Assembly (NCBI GenBank): GCA_964016885.1
Contig: OZ024741.1
Span: 325,500,001-325,564,000, forward strand
Length of the DNA: 64,000 bases
Direction: 5' to 3'
Source: Eledone cirrhosa
Lineage: Eukaryota
Made by a program: the position numbers and the translations under genes
The notes under the pieces: model-generated
What the model saw: the letters and a program-made list of their open reading frames with translations, nothing else
Database searches by the model: none
What the model was told of the DNA's origin: nothing
In this document: positions 27,850 through 42,789 of the stretch, in pieces
Layout: each line of letters starts with the position of its first letter
Numbering within the stretch: position 1 is the stretch's first letter

Positions 27850-29146
27850 ATGCGGATTTGGTACGGGTGATGAGAAACGTGTCCCGCATGTGCAACCCCG
27901 AAGAACTAGAGAGACACATACAACACTTCATCCACCGTATGCAGTTCTCTGGCTACAATCAGAGAGATAAAATCAGAGTGTATAGAGGAGCCAGAACCAA
28001 ATGGGAAAAAATGGTAAATAATGACGTAAATGGGACCTGCCCCTTGTATAGGAGCAAATTTTGGAATAGAATACAAAGAACTAGGAACAAGGCTAATAGA
28101 ATAAACTCATGGTATGATAGCAATAAATACCAGAGTGTAACGTTCATCGATACAACCCCCAGAGGTGAATTAGCTTACAAATTTAGAAGGGCCCTAAATA
28201 AACATAAACTCAATATTAAGATAGTAGAAAGACCAGGTACCTCCGTAAAAACACTTATTAGCAAGACATACCCTTTTCAAAGACCCTCATGTATAGATAA
28301 GAAATGTATAACCTGTAAAATAAGCCCCCATATTAACTGCAAAACTAGAAATGTAGTGTATAGCATAAGATGTACTGAAGGAAAATGTAGAGACAAAAAT
28401 ATAGTGTACATAGGTGAGACAGCTCGTAGTGTAGGAGAACGGATAAATGAACACTGGCGAGACCTTCAAGATAGTAAAGAATCATCTGTACTCTACCAAC
28501 ATGCTAAAATAGAAAACAAGGGTAAATTAGAGAACATAGAAATAAAAATAGAATCTACACACAGAAAAGACGCAATGTTTAGACAAATTACAGAGGCAAT
28601 AAACATAAAAGAATTACAACCAAAATTAAATAGAAAATATGAGTGGAACAGCAACATCACAACTTACAATTAAGGACAAAATGAAAACACACACACACAT
28701 AGAACAAACAACCAACCAGTAACATGTAAATAAACAAATAAATAAATGAACATAAACACACACAGACACCCGGATGTGGCACATGCGCAGACTGAGCACA
28801 CAACACACACACAGAAACAAAATGGCGTAGGACAGAACAAAGGAGAGGCACAGAAACAAAGAAAGGAATCCCCAGTCACTGAAGAGGTCACAGAGTGTGT
28901 GACGAAAGAACTATGACAATATATAAACAACTATCTGGTTGTGGAACCAACCAACCAACCAACCAACCAACCAACCAGAAATTTATAAATTTATAAATTT
29001 ATTATAAATTTATTATAATAAATTGAAGTGAAAGCAACTGGTGCGTGTGTTTCTTATTGGCAACATGACCCTCCCAAAGTATAACAATATCGGTTTCAAC
29101 ACACGATTTCAGATAAAGAATCTTGCTAAACAAATTCAGAAACGAA
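27850..29146 (+). mobile_element. 5'-truncated Penelope-like element: thumb, Zn linker, GIY-YIG and 3' UTR with HHR
   Basis: ORF to 28673: SGY, CIDKKCITC, NVVYSIRC...VYIGETARSVGERINEH, RQITEAINI...LN. Confidence 0.9.
28875..28917 (+). ncRNA. Minimal hammerhead in PLE 3' UTR
   Basis: gtca-CTGAAGA-g-gtcac agagtgt gtgac-GAAA-gaac-TA-tgac. Confidence 0.75.
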
Positions 29147-29167
29147 ATATATATATATATATATATA

Positions 29168-29491
<324 letters not shown>

Positions 29492-29562
29492 TTTATACAT
29501 ATATGTATACGTATGTATGCGTATGTGCGTGTGTGTGTGTGAGCACACGCATACACACACTA

Positions 29563-29599
<37 letters not shown>

Positions 29600-29970
29600 C
29601 ATATATATACGCACGAGCAACATACTGGCTGAAAAATCTTTCATGTTAAATATGGTGATTGAAACATATTCAATCAACTGGGATTACCCTTACATTTTAA
29701 AAACAAAATAAAACCCCTCTAAGGGTTTTCAAATCTCTCTCACTTCCCGCGCCCCCCTACTCTCTCACTCCTTTCGATGTCAATTCTTCCTCTGCATCTC
29801 TTCCTTTCTTTCGCCCCCACACCCTTTCTTTCACTCATTCCTGTCTTCTCTAGAAGAAATCAGATGTCTTCAGACCTAGAGAGGAATGGTGGCTTCGCCA
29901 GGTTTAAAATGCCCAAGATAAGCAGTATGTCACGGTGGCAGACCTAAAATTCGATCAGAAGTTGCTGGTC

Positions 29971-30042
<72 letters not shown>

Positions 30043-31047
30043 ATTGGTCAGTCAATGGCAACATTGAGGACCAAATAAATTAGATTACCGATATAAAAGA
30101 CACAGAAGCGCAAAGCGAAAACCAACCAAACAGTGAGTGTGTTCTGTTATTAATTCTGGCAATATTACACAAATATAACCCTCCCCAAGTATAACAATAT
30201 CTATCTATATATATATATATATATATTAGTAAAGTAGAGTATTGACTGTATGCTGAGGCGGTTTCGTCAAGTTACATCTATTTAAGTATCTATCTATTTA
30301 AGTATCTATCTATATCTATCTATATATATATTTGAACATAAGTTGACAGATGTTTTTATGCAGACATAAGTATGCTATTAATAACGTTCACCGCAACAAA
30401 CTATATTTTGAAGTAAATGGATTCTTCAATAAATAAATAAATAACAAAATCGAATACCTGAAGCAAAATTATTTATTATAAGTATTTTGTTCATTTCTTC
30501 CTCTATCGTTCTCATACTCCCTTTCTCTCGAGATAATAAACTGAGTCATGATTTTTACACGCTAATAGTTTTTCATTGAATCGCAGTTGTTTAAATATGT
30601 ATTAGTATTCATTTTGAAGTAGATATTTCATATGAAACATCTGCTTGGAATATACACACACTGATAGGCACAAGCATGGCTCTGGGTTTGCGGAGTTCGC
30701 TTTCCAACCATATTATTTTGTGTTTAGTCCGGTGTGGTCTTCTACCATAGTGTCCGGCTAACCAATGGCTTCTGAGTTGGTCGACCGAAAATGCAGAACC
30801 CCGTCAGAAATATATATATACACATACAATGTGGCGCAGATAAATCCGGAACTTTTACGTGGCAACATCCCTGTGACGTCGCAGCGTAGCGAGTTTTCGT
30901 GAGCGCCATTAGAAAGTACTATTCCTCAGTAACTGTCTAGAAATTGACGCACAAGGCGCTTAATAATCAACATGTCTTCAAAATACGAGGTTTCGCATCG
31001 GCCATAAAGCCAAGGAAATCATTGAATACTTTAAATACCTTATAACC

Positions 31048-32215
31048 ATGGTCTACGCCGACCCAGCCCTCTTCCTGTTGAGGAACTGTTTCGCCATGCC
31101 GAAGCTCCTCTATACTTTTCGTAGCACACCTTGCTACAGCCACGCACCTCTCCTTTCCGTCCTTGAGACTTGTATCAGAGCGGCAGCTGAGGAGATATGC
31201 AACGTCAGGTTTGACGACATTGGATGGTAACAGGCCACCTTACCTGTTAGATATGGTGGCCTTGGCCTCCGGTCATCGATCTCTCTGGCTTTGCCGACGT
31301 TTCTTTTGTCGGTAACCCCATGCCGCGTCCTTATCAACAAGGTTTTCCTAAACACAATGGAACTCACTATGACCGAGGAACGTGAAGGCGCTTGCGAGAC
31401 GTGGACCGGCTTGGACTTAGCCCAGTAGATGTCCTTTCTCCTTCTTCTGCTGACGTCAAGTTTTCTCATCCAGTGCAAGCTGGCCTCAGACAGGCTGGCG
31501 CGCCAGCCCGACCAGCACCTCCTTGATTGTTTTCGCGTGGCCTCACAACCCCACAGTGGTGCCTGGCTCCATGTCCTTCTCTACTAGCACGCAGCTGGAC
31601 TATGATAACCTGCTTATTGGGGTTTCCCTGAGGCATGTCCTCCGGATCTGCGAGCCACACAAATGTCGCTGAAGATCCATCGTGAACTCTTTCGGCATCC
31701 ACCCGCTTTCCTGTCGCTACAGTGCCGGCCGCCTTCCACGCAATGCGGATTTTAACGAGGTCATAAAGCATGGGTTAGATTCTGCAGGCTTTCCTTCTCA
31801 GCTCGAGCCAGTGGGGCTGGACCGAGAGACAACAGTAGGCCAGACGGTATGACCATCTTCCCGTTCCGCGGTGGTAAAACCCTCGTCTGGGATGCCACTT
31901 GCAGCAACACATTCTCCAGCGGCAACCTCTGTGTAATCTGCGACTAACCCAGGTTCTGCTGCACTTCGGGCTGAGGAGGGTAGACTCTCCAACTATGGGT
32001 CGCTCTTCGACAGGTTTGCAGTCGAACCCCTGGCAGTGGAGACCTCTGGTGTCTCTTGCACTAGGGCTACCTCCCTACTTACCACCATAAGCACTGAGCT
32101 GGCTAGCCGCAGGTGTGAGCCTCACGAGATGGAAAGGCTCTTCCAGCGCATCTCCCTTACCATCCTCCGAGGAAACGCCATCTCCATTCTGTCTGCCGGG
32201 GCCGTGGGGCAGCCA
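31048..32215 (+). mobile_element. CRE-like non-LTR retrotransposon 3' fragment with restriction-like endonuclease, decayed
   Basis: LLRNCFAMPKLLYTFRSTPC, QATLPVRYGGLGLR, SGAWL, RPDG..PFRGGKTLVWDAT, PLAVETSG, LFQRISLTILRGNA. Confidence 0.8.
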
Positions 32216-32463
32216 GCACGTGGGACCCCATTTGCTCATTATAGAGTGAGATGTAGAGGGCGAGAGAGATGGAGGCGATGATAGTGGGAGTTCGGCTTTT
32301 CTGTTCTCGGACCTGGTGTACAGCATCAGTTATCCGTAAGTAGGTAGTGATTCATCTACTATTATAGAGTAGATATCTGCCTTATTGTTGCCATGAAAAA
32401 TTTATTCCGGAAGTTTAGAAGACTTATGGATTAAAAGACAAATAGACATGATATAATATTTAA

Positions 32464-32572
32464 TATAGAAATGGCTTCTACAGGAGTAGAACTGTTTCAT
32501 TCGGGAGAAATCAGCAGGCTTCCTGATGATTTCCGAATGAAACAGTTTAGTCCCGTAGAAGCCATTTCTATA
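32464..32572. repeat. 110-bp hairpin containing a degenerate hammerhead core
   Basis: tatagaaatggcttctac...gtagaagccatttctata; CTGATGA at 32523, GAAAC at 32539 and GTC are present, but stem I is not contiguous with the core. Confidence 0.6.
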
Positions 32573-32579
32573 TATTATA

Positions 32580-32659
<80 letters not shown>

Positions 32660-32664
<5 letters not shown>

Positions 32665-33013
32665 TGTAATAAACAACATAAAATAACTAATTCATTTACC
32701 AGTCGTTTCTTGAAGAGAGATATTTATATGTCTTCAGTCGTCAGAATGAATAACATGGAATGTTTATTAAATATGAATTTGAAAACAAAATTTAGGAAAT
32801 ATGAAAGTGAGGCTAAATTTTGTTTTCAAATCCATATTTAATAAACATTCCATTTTATTCGTTCTGACGACTGAAGACAGTTATAAACATCTGTCTTCAA
32901 GAAACCACTGGTGAAAGAATTAATTATCTTATGTTGTTGATTACATAACTAAAAAGCTCTGTAGCCTACATAGAGCACTCTTTTTTCCTTTACCTTTCCT
33001 ACGGAAATACTTC

Positions 33014-33018
<5 letters not shown>
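32660..33018. mobile_element. Fold-back element with two divergent hammerheads (32690-32751 minus, intact; 32857-32920 plus, GTG site)
   Basis: Minus: attcatt-CTGACGA-c-tgaaga..tcttca-a-GAAAC-gactg-GTA-aatgaat. Arms 32660-32795 and 32813-32951; right extension agctctgtagcctacatagagcactc; (TA)n flanks. Confidence 0.88.
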
Positions 33019-33081
<63 letters not shown>

Positions 33082-33082
33082 A

Positions 33083-33257
33083 TAATTGTTTCTACTTTTG
33101 GCACAAGACCAGCAATTACTCAGTGTATTACTGGTACTTTATTTTATCGACCCCATAAGGATGAAAGGCAAAGTTAACCTCGGCGGAATTTGAGCTCAGA
33201 ATGGAAACGGCGTCAAAGCATGGTGTCCGACCCTCTACCGATACTGCTAATCCACCG
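33083..33257 (-). mobile_element. tRNA-derived SINE
   Basis: Reverse complement of the consensus. Confidence 0.85.
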
Positions 33258-33331
33258 CATAAATGTAAAGACTAAAATCCGAAGAGGGCTCGATAAAGAT
33301 ATATATAAATATATATATATGTGTGTATATA

Positions 33332-33444
<113 letters not shown>

Positions 33445-33452
33445 TATGTATG

Positions 33453-33496
<44 letters not shown>

Positions 33497-34258
33497 TGTG
33501 TGTGCGCCTGTGTCTATGTTTACAATTGTGTCTGCATAACTTAACGCTTCTACGAAAAAGAAAGAGATAGATAAAATAACTATCAGAAAATATTGAAGAG
33601 CACTGCTGATGGGGTGGGGGTGGGGTTTCAATATGAACGACTAAACCAAGGCGGTGCTCCAGCATGACTGCAGTCTAATGACTGAGACAAGTAAAAGAAT
33701 AAAACAGTTTAACATTTCGAAGTAAGTGAAGCCAAAATGGCTGCCCTTATCAATTCCAACTGACTGCATCAAACATATCAATGTATCAACGTACTATCTC
33801 GCTCTTTCTCACGTCTAGAGGAGCGTTGAGAGGTCTTCGTGAACATTAACTGCTTGCTTCTTTTATTAGCTTTTAGGATAGATGTTACATTATTTTTGTT
33901 TTTATTTGTTCACTCTGTGTATGTAATATATTTGTCGGCAGACATTAAAGCGAAGAGCATAATGAACTGTGAATAATGAATATAGTTTTGGAAACATATC
34001 AAATGTTTTCATACAGTTTTAACAGTATGAAAACTCTTGGCTATGCTTATGTAAAATCATTAGGTGGGATAGGAATGAAACATTAGTTGTTGTTGTTGTT
34101 GTTGCAACTGTTATTTACCGCTAGGTCAGCTTTGATAGAACAGGTCTGCGATCAAAGAAAAACATTAACGTCCGTGAGAATCTCGTATTTTATTCAGATA
34201 GACATGATGATGGATATTCCGTCGCTTTCGACGATGAACACGAATTCAATATTATATA

Positions 34259-34324
<66 letters not shown>

Positions 34325-34409
34325 TATATATATATATATTGTTATATATATATATATATTGTTATATAATACTCTGAGAGACATGCTGCCGAACCAATTA
34401 AAAGACGAA

Positions 34410-34510
<101 letters not shown>

Positions 34511-34950
34511 CATACATACATACATACATACATACATACATACATACATACACACAAACATACACATACACCCACACAGGCACATACGTATAAATATATT
34601 AGCACTAGCTCTAACAGAGTCTGATGCGCAATAAAGGCATATATGAAAGAATACACATGTTTATTTAGTATAAACATATCTAAGCCTCTCTATGAATGAT
34701 TGAAGCTGTGATGAGGTTAGCGGAACTCCAGTAGCCGTGTTAGAAGGCCAGCCGGTGTACCATGAGCAAAATACGTATAAAATGTAGTAAAAGTCAATTA
34801 AGATGGATAAAAATCGTTGAACATTAGTATCTGGCATTCTCACACACGTACTGAGGTAGCTGTAACGTGACATGATCATAGCTTGAAACACCCATACTGA
34901 GACTAATGTAAACATATTGTATATATTTTTATATGCACCACAATATATAC

Positions 34951-35060
<110 letters not shown>

Positions 35061-35186
35061 GTAGGAGGTGAGTTTTATTGTAGTACAATAAAGCAATGCA
35101 GATATCGAATAAGTAGCACTCTACAGTTTGTAGGACTGGAGTATAAATAGTATATAAGATAAAAAGATGGTTAAAAGAGTTCCATG

Positions 35187-35257
35187 TATTTTATTATGCG
35201 CATTTCAAAAACAAATATCATCATGCGATGACATTTGCGTTTTCATCAGATAAAATA
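35187..35257 (-). ncRNA. Type I hammerhead
   Basis: Reverse complement: tattttat-CTGATGA-aaacgcaaatgtcatc gcat gatgatatttgttttt-GAAA-tgcgca-TA-ataaaata. Confidence 0.88.
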
Positions 35258-35371
35258 GGGAGACATGATATGAAGGTTAAAAACACTTGTGAAAAGTGCA
35301 GTTTTAAATCAACATATCAACATATGTTGATTTAAAACTTGGAACTCTTTTAACCATCTTTTGATCTTATA

Positions 35372-35442
<71 letters not shown>

Positions 35443-35443
35443 C

Positions 35444-35500
<57 letters not shown>

Positions 35501-35501
35501 G

Positions 35502-35549
<48 letters not shown>

Positions 35550-35579
35550 AGATCAAAAGATGGTTAAAAGAGTTCCAAG

Positions 35580-35650
35580 TATTTTATTATGCGCATTTCA
35601 AAAACAAATATCATCATGAGATGATATCTGCGTTTTCATCAGATAAAATA
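35580..35650 (-). ncRNA. Type I hammerhead, second copy of the 35187 family
   Basis: Same stem I, stem III and core; 35155-35320 is repeated at 35549-35712. Confidence 0.88.
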
Positions 35651-35903
35651 GGGATACATGATATGAAGGTTAAAAAACACTTGTGAATAGTAAAGTTTTA
35701 AATCGACATATGAAAAATAATTTAAGATTGATGTGTGATATTGGGAAAAAGTGAGGGGGGTGGGGGTTGGTAAGGGTGAGAAAGAGGAGGAGGTGAGAGT
35801 AGATATATATATATATACGTGTGTGTGTGTCGCTACGATAGAGGAATATTTACCAGATATATCTATAGTTATAACATTTCTAAATGCTTTTAAGCTACCC
35901 AAG

Positions 35904-35982
<79 letters not shown>

Positions 35983-36244
35983 AGCGTGTGTGTGCGTGTG
36001 TATGCGTGTGTCTGTGTGTGTGTGTGTTTGTGTGTGTGAATGTGTGTGTGTGTGCGTGCATGTATGTGTGCTCGGGCACGAGTGTGTTGTGCTGTGTGTA
36101 AGGGGGAGTATTATCTGTATGTATGTATCTGTCTGTTTGTAGATAGATATCAGTCTCAAAGAGAAACAAATCTCTCTCTCTCCATCTCTCTGTCTCTCTT
36201 CTCTCTATCTCTCCCTCTCTCTCCCTATATCCGCCCTCTCTCTC

Positions 36245-36331
<87 letters not shown>

Positions 36332-36350
36332 ATATACATATATATATATA

Positions 36351-36604
36351 AGTTAGCTAATTCCGAAGAAAAGGCAAAGGAAAAAAGAGTGCTCTATGTA
36401 TAGAACAGAGCTATTTAATTAGAAAGTGACAACACAATATATAACTACTCCATTAGCAAAGGTTTCAGGACCCTAGATAATATCAATATACGTCTAGATC
36501 GTTCATCCTATCTGATGAACGATATAGACGTATATTGATATTGTCTAGGGCCCTGAAACCTTTGGTAATGGAGTAGTTATATATTATGTTGTTCACTTTC
36601 TAAT

Positions 36605-36610
<6 letters not shown>
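36351..36610. mobile_element. Fold-back element with a hammerhead at 36507-36571 (+)
   Basis: Palindrome 36412-36610 centred near 36510; cctat-CTGATGA...GAAAC-ctttg-GTA-atgg; left extension (reverse complement) agctctgttctatacatagagcactctt. Confidence 0.72.
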
Positions 36611-36683
<73 letters not shown>

Positions 36684-36829
36684 ATACTTTGCCAATAAGA
36701 AACACACGCACTAGTTTAGTTGCTTTCACTCCAATTTATTATTGGCAACATGACCCTCCCAAAGTATAACAATATCGGTTTCAACACACGTTTTCAGATA
36801 AAGAATCTTGCTAAACAAATTCAGAAACG

Positions 36830-36867
<38 letters not shown>

Positions 36868-36911
36868 TTATATATATACCTTTATATATATAATATATAT
36901 ATATATATATA

Positions 36912-37441
36912 GTTAAAATAATAGAGGTGTAACACACAAGTTATTATATATTGGTAAACGGAATAGAAAATGCTGACAAATTGTTCACAGTTGAAAAATG
37001 GTTTAATTAGGAATAAAAGAGTATTAGTGATTGTATGGGTTAGTATTCAGTTGTGGTTTTAAGTTTTTAAGTTTTTACCGGTTGCGCATTTCTAAATGCT
37101 TTTCAAAAATAATTTTGAGATAGAGTATCCGTGTTGTTTGCTCTGATCTGATTAGTTTTGGGAATTCTACCTGTTTTTATGTTAAAAAAGTGGCTCCAGC
37201 GTTACTTTGGTGTTGCAAAAATTCTTGTGGTCAAAACAATTTTGATTGGTCGGTAGAGGTCATGTGAATGTAAAAAATTGATTTTGCGCCAAGACTGTTT
37301 TTATGTTAAAAAAGTGGCTCCAGCGCTACCTGGTGTTTGCAAAAATTCTTGTGGTCAAAACAATTTTGATTGGTCGGTAGAGGTCATGTGAATAAAACAT
37401 TGGTTTTGCGCCAAGACTGAGAAATGACTCTTTCACAACAA

Positions 37442-37477
<36 letters not shown>

Positions 37478-37563
37478 GTGTGTGTGTGTGTGTGTAGTAG
37501 TAGTAAGGTGTTCGATGTTGTGATAATGGTTAGCAGCGATGTGTGACAAATGGCTATTAAGAT

Positions 37564-37635
<72 letters not shown>

Positions 37636-37803
37636 CAGAGTAATTCGTAGTGGCAGGGATGGTCAGTAAGAATGTGTCTGAAAGCAATGGGGGGTATTTT
37701 AGCATGTCAAAAGATATTTTTCAGCTTTTGTCTTATACGGAGAAGTGCGTGTGTGTGTATAAGTCTCTTTGTATGTTAATGTACGCGTGTGTATGTGTGT
37801 GTG

Positions 37804-37864
<61 letters not shown>

Positions 37865-38085
37865 AATCTTTCCCCTCTACAAATTTAAAGATAATGTCAC
37901 CCACACCCAGCGCATCAGCAAGGAATCTTACTTCATTAACAAATACGGACCCCGTCTAAACACTTCTCCCTAAGACGAACCCACAACATACATACCTACA
38001 TCAGCACACATCTCTACCCACACATAAACACAATGACACACGTAAACACACATGCTCTATGGTGCAACACAAAAAAATATATGTG

Positions 38086-38118
<33 letters not shown>

Positions 38119-38119
38119 G

Positions 38120-38159
<40 letters not shown>

Positions 38160-38311
38160 ATATATGTATGTGAATATATATATAGTGAATATCATTTCAC
38201 ACCTTTTATTGTTAAGATTTTTGATGTTCTATTAAGAGGACCGATTTTACTGAAAAAATCGAATAATGTACACCATTTTACCATTTGGAAAAAAATACTG
38301 GTCCACCCACC

Positions 38312-38346
<35 letters not shown>

Positions 38347-38499
38347 GCGTACATTAACATACAAAGAGACTTATACACACACACACGCACTTCTCCGTAT
38401 AAAACAAAAGCTGAAAAATATCTTTTGACATGCTAAAATACCCCCCATTGCTTTCAGACACATTCTTACTGACCATCCCTGCCACCACGAATTACTCTG

Positions 38500-38565
<66 letters not shown>

Positions 38566-39028
38566 ATGTTAATAGCCATTTGTCACACATCGCTGCTAAC
38601 CATTATCACAACATCGAACACCTTACTACTACTACTACACACACACACACACACACACACATATTTGTTGTGAAAGAGTCATTTCTCAATCTTGGCGCAA
38701 AACCAATATTTTATTCACATGACCTCTACCGACCAATCAAAATTGTTTTGACCACAAGAATTTTTGCAAACACCAAGTAGCGCTGGAGCCACTTTTTAAA
38801 CATAAAAACAGGTAGAATTCCCAAAACTAATCAGATCAGAGCAAACAACACGGGCACTCTATCTCAAAATTATTTTTGAAAAGCATTTAGAAATGCGCAA
38901 CCGGTAAAAACTTAAAAAACTTAAAACCACAACTGAATACTAACCCATACAATCACTAATACTCTTTTATTCCTAATTAAACCATTTTTCAACTGTGAAC
39001 AATTTGTCAGCATTTTTTATTCCGTTTA

Positions 39029-39035
<7 letters not shown>
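36912..39035 (+). mobile_element. Truncated PLE (45526 family) with inverted terminal arm
   Basis: 37866-37973 encodes IFPLYKFKDNVTHTQRISKESYFINKYGPRLNTSP*, matching the C-terminus of ORF 45526-47496; 36912-37860 is the inverse of the UTR 38310-39035. Confidence 0.88.
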
Positions 39036-39104
<69 letters not shown>

Positions 39105-39245
39105 GGTTACGTTTGAAGGGTCACCACTGGATAGAGTTGGTCATTCCGTATGGTCAATCTTGATGTAATAATATGGAGAGTACTCAACGTAAAGCAGCTC
39201 AACCGTCTTCGTTTGTGTAGTTGGTGGTCCGAGTACGGAGTTAAT

Positions 39246-40549
39246 TATTATAATAAAATAACAGGAGGCTGGACTTGAAAGGTTTATTATACTATGATCA
39301 TTTCAATGACCGGGTTCCGTATGAATCCGGTGATATTATCAGGTATTCGAAATATAATAAATGAATGTAACAGATAAAATTCATGGGGCTGTAAATCATT
39401 GACCCAAGGACGACCGACCATCTAGCATCTTCCACTTTAGCTTGGTGCTTGGAAAAATAAATTTCCCCTTCTTTCGTAAATGAAATTACTCGGAGCGGTG
39501 GCTTCGCCCAGGGGCCCGCCGCGCCGCCGTTTGTGACCTTTAAATTCTAGGCCTAATCATAACTATTAGCTGTATCATGCCTCCCTCTACTGGCACTTAA
39601 ACAAATCCGCCTCCTGTGTAAATTAATAGTACTCGTTTGGTATAACGATGGCCTAACGACGATGGCTGACTTCCCACTAGCACACCCGAAGCCTAGAACA
39701 GTTACATTCCTCGAGTGCTCGGAAAAATTGATTTCCATATCTTTCGCTAGACGATTTCACTCGGAATGGCTGACACGTGGTTAGGATGGGCTGGCCGGAG
39801 TCTGCAGTCGTCGTGTGCTGTTTGACTGCTAAACTAGGACTTAATCTTTACTCTATATCCCACCCTGAAAACTTATCGAGGGTCTCTATAATACACTTAA
39901 CATTTTTTCATAAAAGACTCTCTCTGTAAATTCTTTAACTAAATCTCGCAACCCAAATCTTAAATTTTTTTTTAAAACTGTTTAATTTTTAATTTTCTAA
40001 TTTTTTTAATTTTATAATTTTAATCTTTAATTTAATTTTTTTAAATTTTATCCTATAAATCTAAACAAAAATTTTACGTTCCAATTTTTTGTTCACACAT
40101 TATACCATGCAGACGCCCACTATATATACCTCTGTTATAATATATACCTCTGTTAAGATATAGGTTCTTTAGAATAACATTTTTCGCGGCAAATCCTAGT
40201 CTGATTGTAGCATGACATTAACGCTGACTTTTCTTCTTTCTTTCTGTCTTTTTTTTCTCTTTGACCGGGAGGTTAGTAGCACATTATAAGCTTTCGCCCC
40301 TCACCAGATAGCCTTAAGTAGACCGAATAGCCAGCACTTGAGGGCGACCGGCTAAAGTGGAAGATGCTAGATGGTCGGTCGTCCTCGGGTCTATGATTTA
40401 CAGCCCCATGGATTTTATCTGTTACATTCATTTATTATATTTCAAATACCTGATGATATCACCGGATTCATACGAAACCCGGTCATTGAAATGATCATAG
40501 TATAATAAACCTTTCAAGGATTTACACAAGTCCAGCCTCCTGTTATTTT

Positions 40550-40560
<11 letters not shown>
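39246..40560. mobile_element. Fold-back element: ~195-bp divergent arms with hammerheads (40446-40503 plus, intact; 39289-39346 minus, G8A) around a 0.9-kb non-coding core
   Basis: atac-CTGATGA-tatcaccgg...ccggtcatt-GAAA-tgatca-TA-gtat; arms 39246-39441 and 40352-40560; left extension to about 39103. Confidence 0.82.
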
Positions 40561-40635
<75 letters not shown>

Positions 40636-40637
40636 CC

Positions 40638-40712
<75 letters not shown>

Positions 40713-40811
40713 AATATATATATATGTAAAAGGTAAACAGAAATAACAACACAATCGTACAGTATATGGAAGGTATATATTAGGTTAACGCTTGATATAG
40801 CAGGAAGAGGG

Positions 40812-40848
40812 TTTTAACGTTTCGGACGCTAGTCCTTCATCAGAAGAA
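40812..40848 (-). ncRNA. Minimal PLE-type hammerhead core
   Basis: Reverse complement: CTGATGA-a-ggac tagc gtcc-GAAACGTTA; palindromic aacgtt stem III; weak stem I. Confidence 0.6.
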
Positions 40849-41056
40849 AGAATGAGAAATAAAATAGATTGAGGGGACGGGTGGGATGGAATTGGAAATA
40901 AAATCTTTAGATAGAAAAGTTTTGAGATTGGGCATATTGAAGGTACTAGGGTGGGAGTGAAAAGTAGACGCGGTAGATATGATTGACAAAATCTTTGAAG
41001 GTGGTGCTCCAGTTTGACCGCAGCCATACGACTGAAGCCAGTAAAAATTGTCAAAT

Positions 41057-41123
<67 letters not shown>

Positions 41124-41271
41124 GTAGGAGTTGTATTTAATTTGTTGGAATTCCGACAAACATAAATGTTTATAACTGATATAGAACACTCAACAAGTTA
41201 CTATCTGGCGAATCTTCGGCCATTAAGGTGTGATTTCCATGGGTATGTCATTATTTATAAAACAAATTTTG

Positions 41272-41336
41272 TATTTTATTTGATGAAAGCGCACCATGAT
41301 TTGCTTGGTCGCCCTTGAAATATATATAATAAAATA
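41272..41336 (+). ncRNA. Hammerhead, C3U variant (paralogue of 43011)
   Basis: tattttat-TTGATGA-aagcgcacca...tggtcgccctt-GAAA-tatata-TA-ataaaata. Confidence 0.65.
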
Positions 41337-41376
41337 AATATGGTTTTATAAATATAGTTTCCATTTATTATTATCT

Positions 41377-41560
41377 GGATTGGCAGCATCGGTAGAGGGT
41401 CGGACGCCATGCTTTCCAGCATAGTTACGTCCCTTTACGATCTGAGTTCAAGTCCCGCCGAGGTTGACTTTGCCTTTCATCCTTACGGAGTCGATAAAAT
41501 AAAGTACCAGTAATGCACTGGGTGATTGCTGGCCTTGTGCCTAAAGTAGAAACAATTATT
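41377..41560 (+). mobile_element. tRNA-derived SINE
   Basis: Consensus match. Confidence 0.85.
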
Positions 41561-42049
41561 ATCTTGGTATATATATATATTTTTTATATTTGTTACTTTT
41601 TGTACAAAACTCTAATGAAGCAAAAGATGACAAATGATGCGCAGTGACTAAATGTGCTTAGGCTAAGCTAATTTCAAAGACGCACATATCAATAGAATTA
41701 AAAGTGATTCGTAACAGCTACACAACCCCACACATACACAAACATGTACATACACGTGTACACACATTCATACCAACATACACATACGTACATGTAAACG
41801 CACACACACACACTCATATACACAACACGCACGCCCTCAAACACACACATACTCACACACGTACATTCATTTACACACACACACACTCTGACGCACAGCA
41901 CAGACACACACATGTAGATATGTATATATATGTATATATATATGTATATATATGTATATGTATATATATAATAATATATGTACGTATATATACATATGTA
42001 TATATACATATGTATATATACATATGTATATATACATATATATATATAA

Positions 42050-42789
42050 ATGTAAGTAAGTATGTATACGTACATACATATATGTATATAGACGTACAGT
42101 AGTATGTATATATATACACACATGCACATATATATACATGCACGTATCGGTTTACCGAACATTTATTATAATGCTCGGTTTGTTTGTAAACAAACAAACA
42201 GCCCGAATTACGCCGTACAGTGTTTAGGCAACCACGTCACATTTTTGTTCAAGACTGACACAGGAACGATACACTGATACATACATACATACTTACATTT
42301 AAGTAACTGCCGTACTAAGAGTGAGAAATGAAATTTCGTTTCATTCTATTCCATTTATCGTTTTCGGTGCGCCCAGCCGATTAAACTCACTCGATATGCA
42401 AATTAGGCTGCGCAGCCGTTAATATGCATAAGGAAAGTATATACTTGCAGACGTTAAACCATCTGGCAGGAAGGTATACGATGCTGACGATAGCTAATAA
42501 GCTTGAAACTAGTACATCGTTCCTGTATCAGTGTTGAACAAAAAGGTGACGTGGTTGCCTAAACACTGTACGGCGTACTTCGGGCTGTTTGTTTGTTTAC
42601 AAACAAACAAACCGAGCATTATAATAAATGTTCGGTAAACCGATACGTGCATGTATATATGTGTGTATATATATACATACTACTGTACGTCTGTATACAT
42701 ATATGTATGTACGTATACATACATACATACTTACAGTTAAGTAAGTGCCGTACTAAGAGTGAGAAATGAAATTTTGTTTCATTCTATTC

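Noticed and set aside
30826-30960. Possible Tc1/mariner terminal repeat
   Set aside because: No matching inverted partner or transposase remnant was found in the window.
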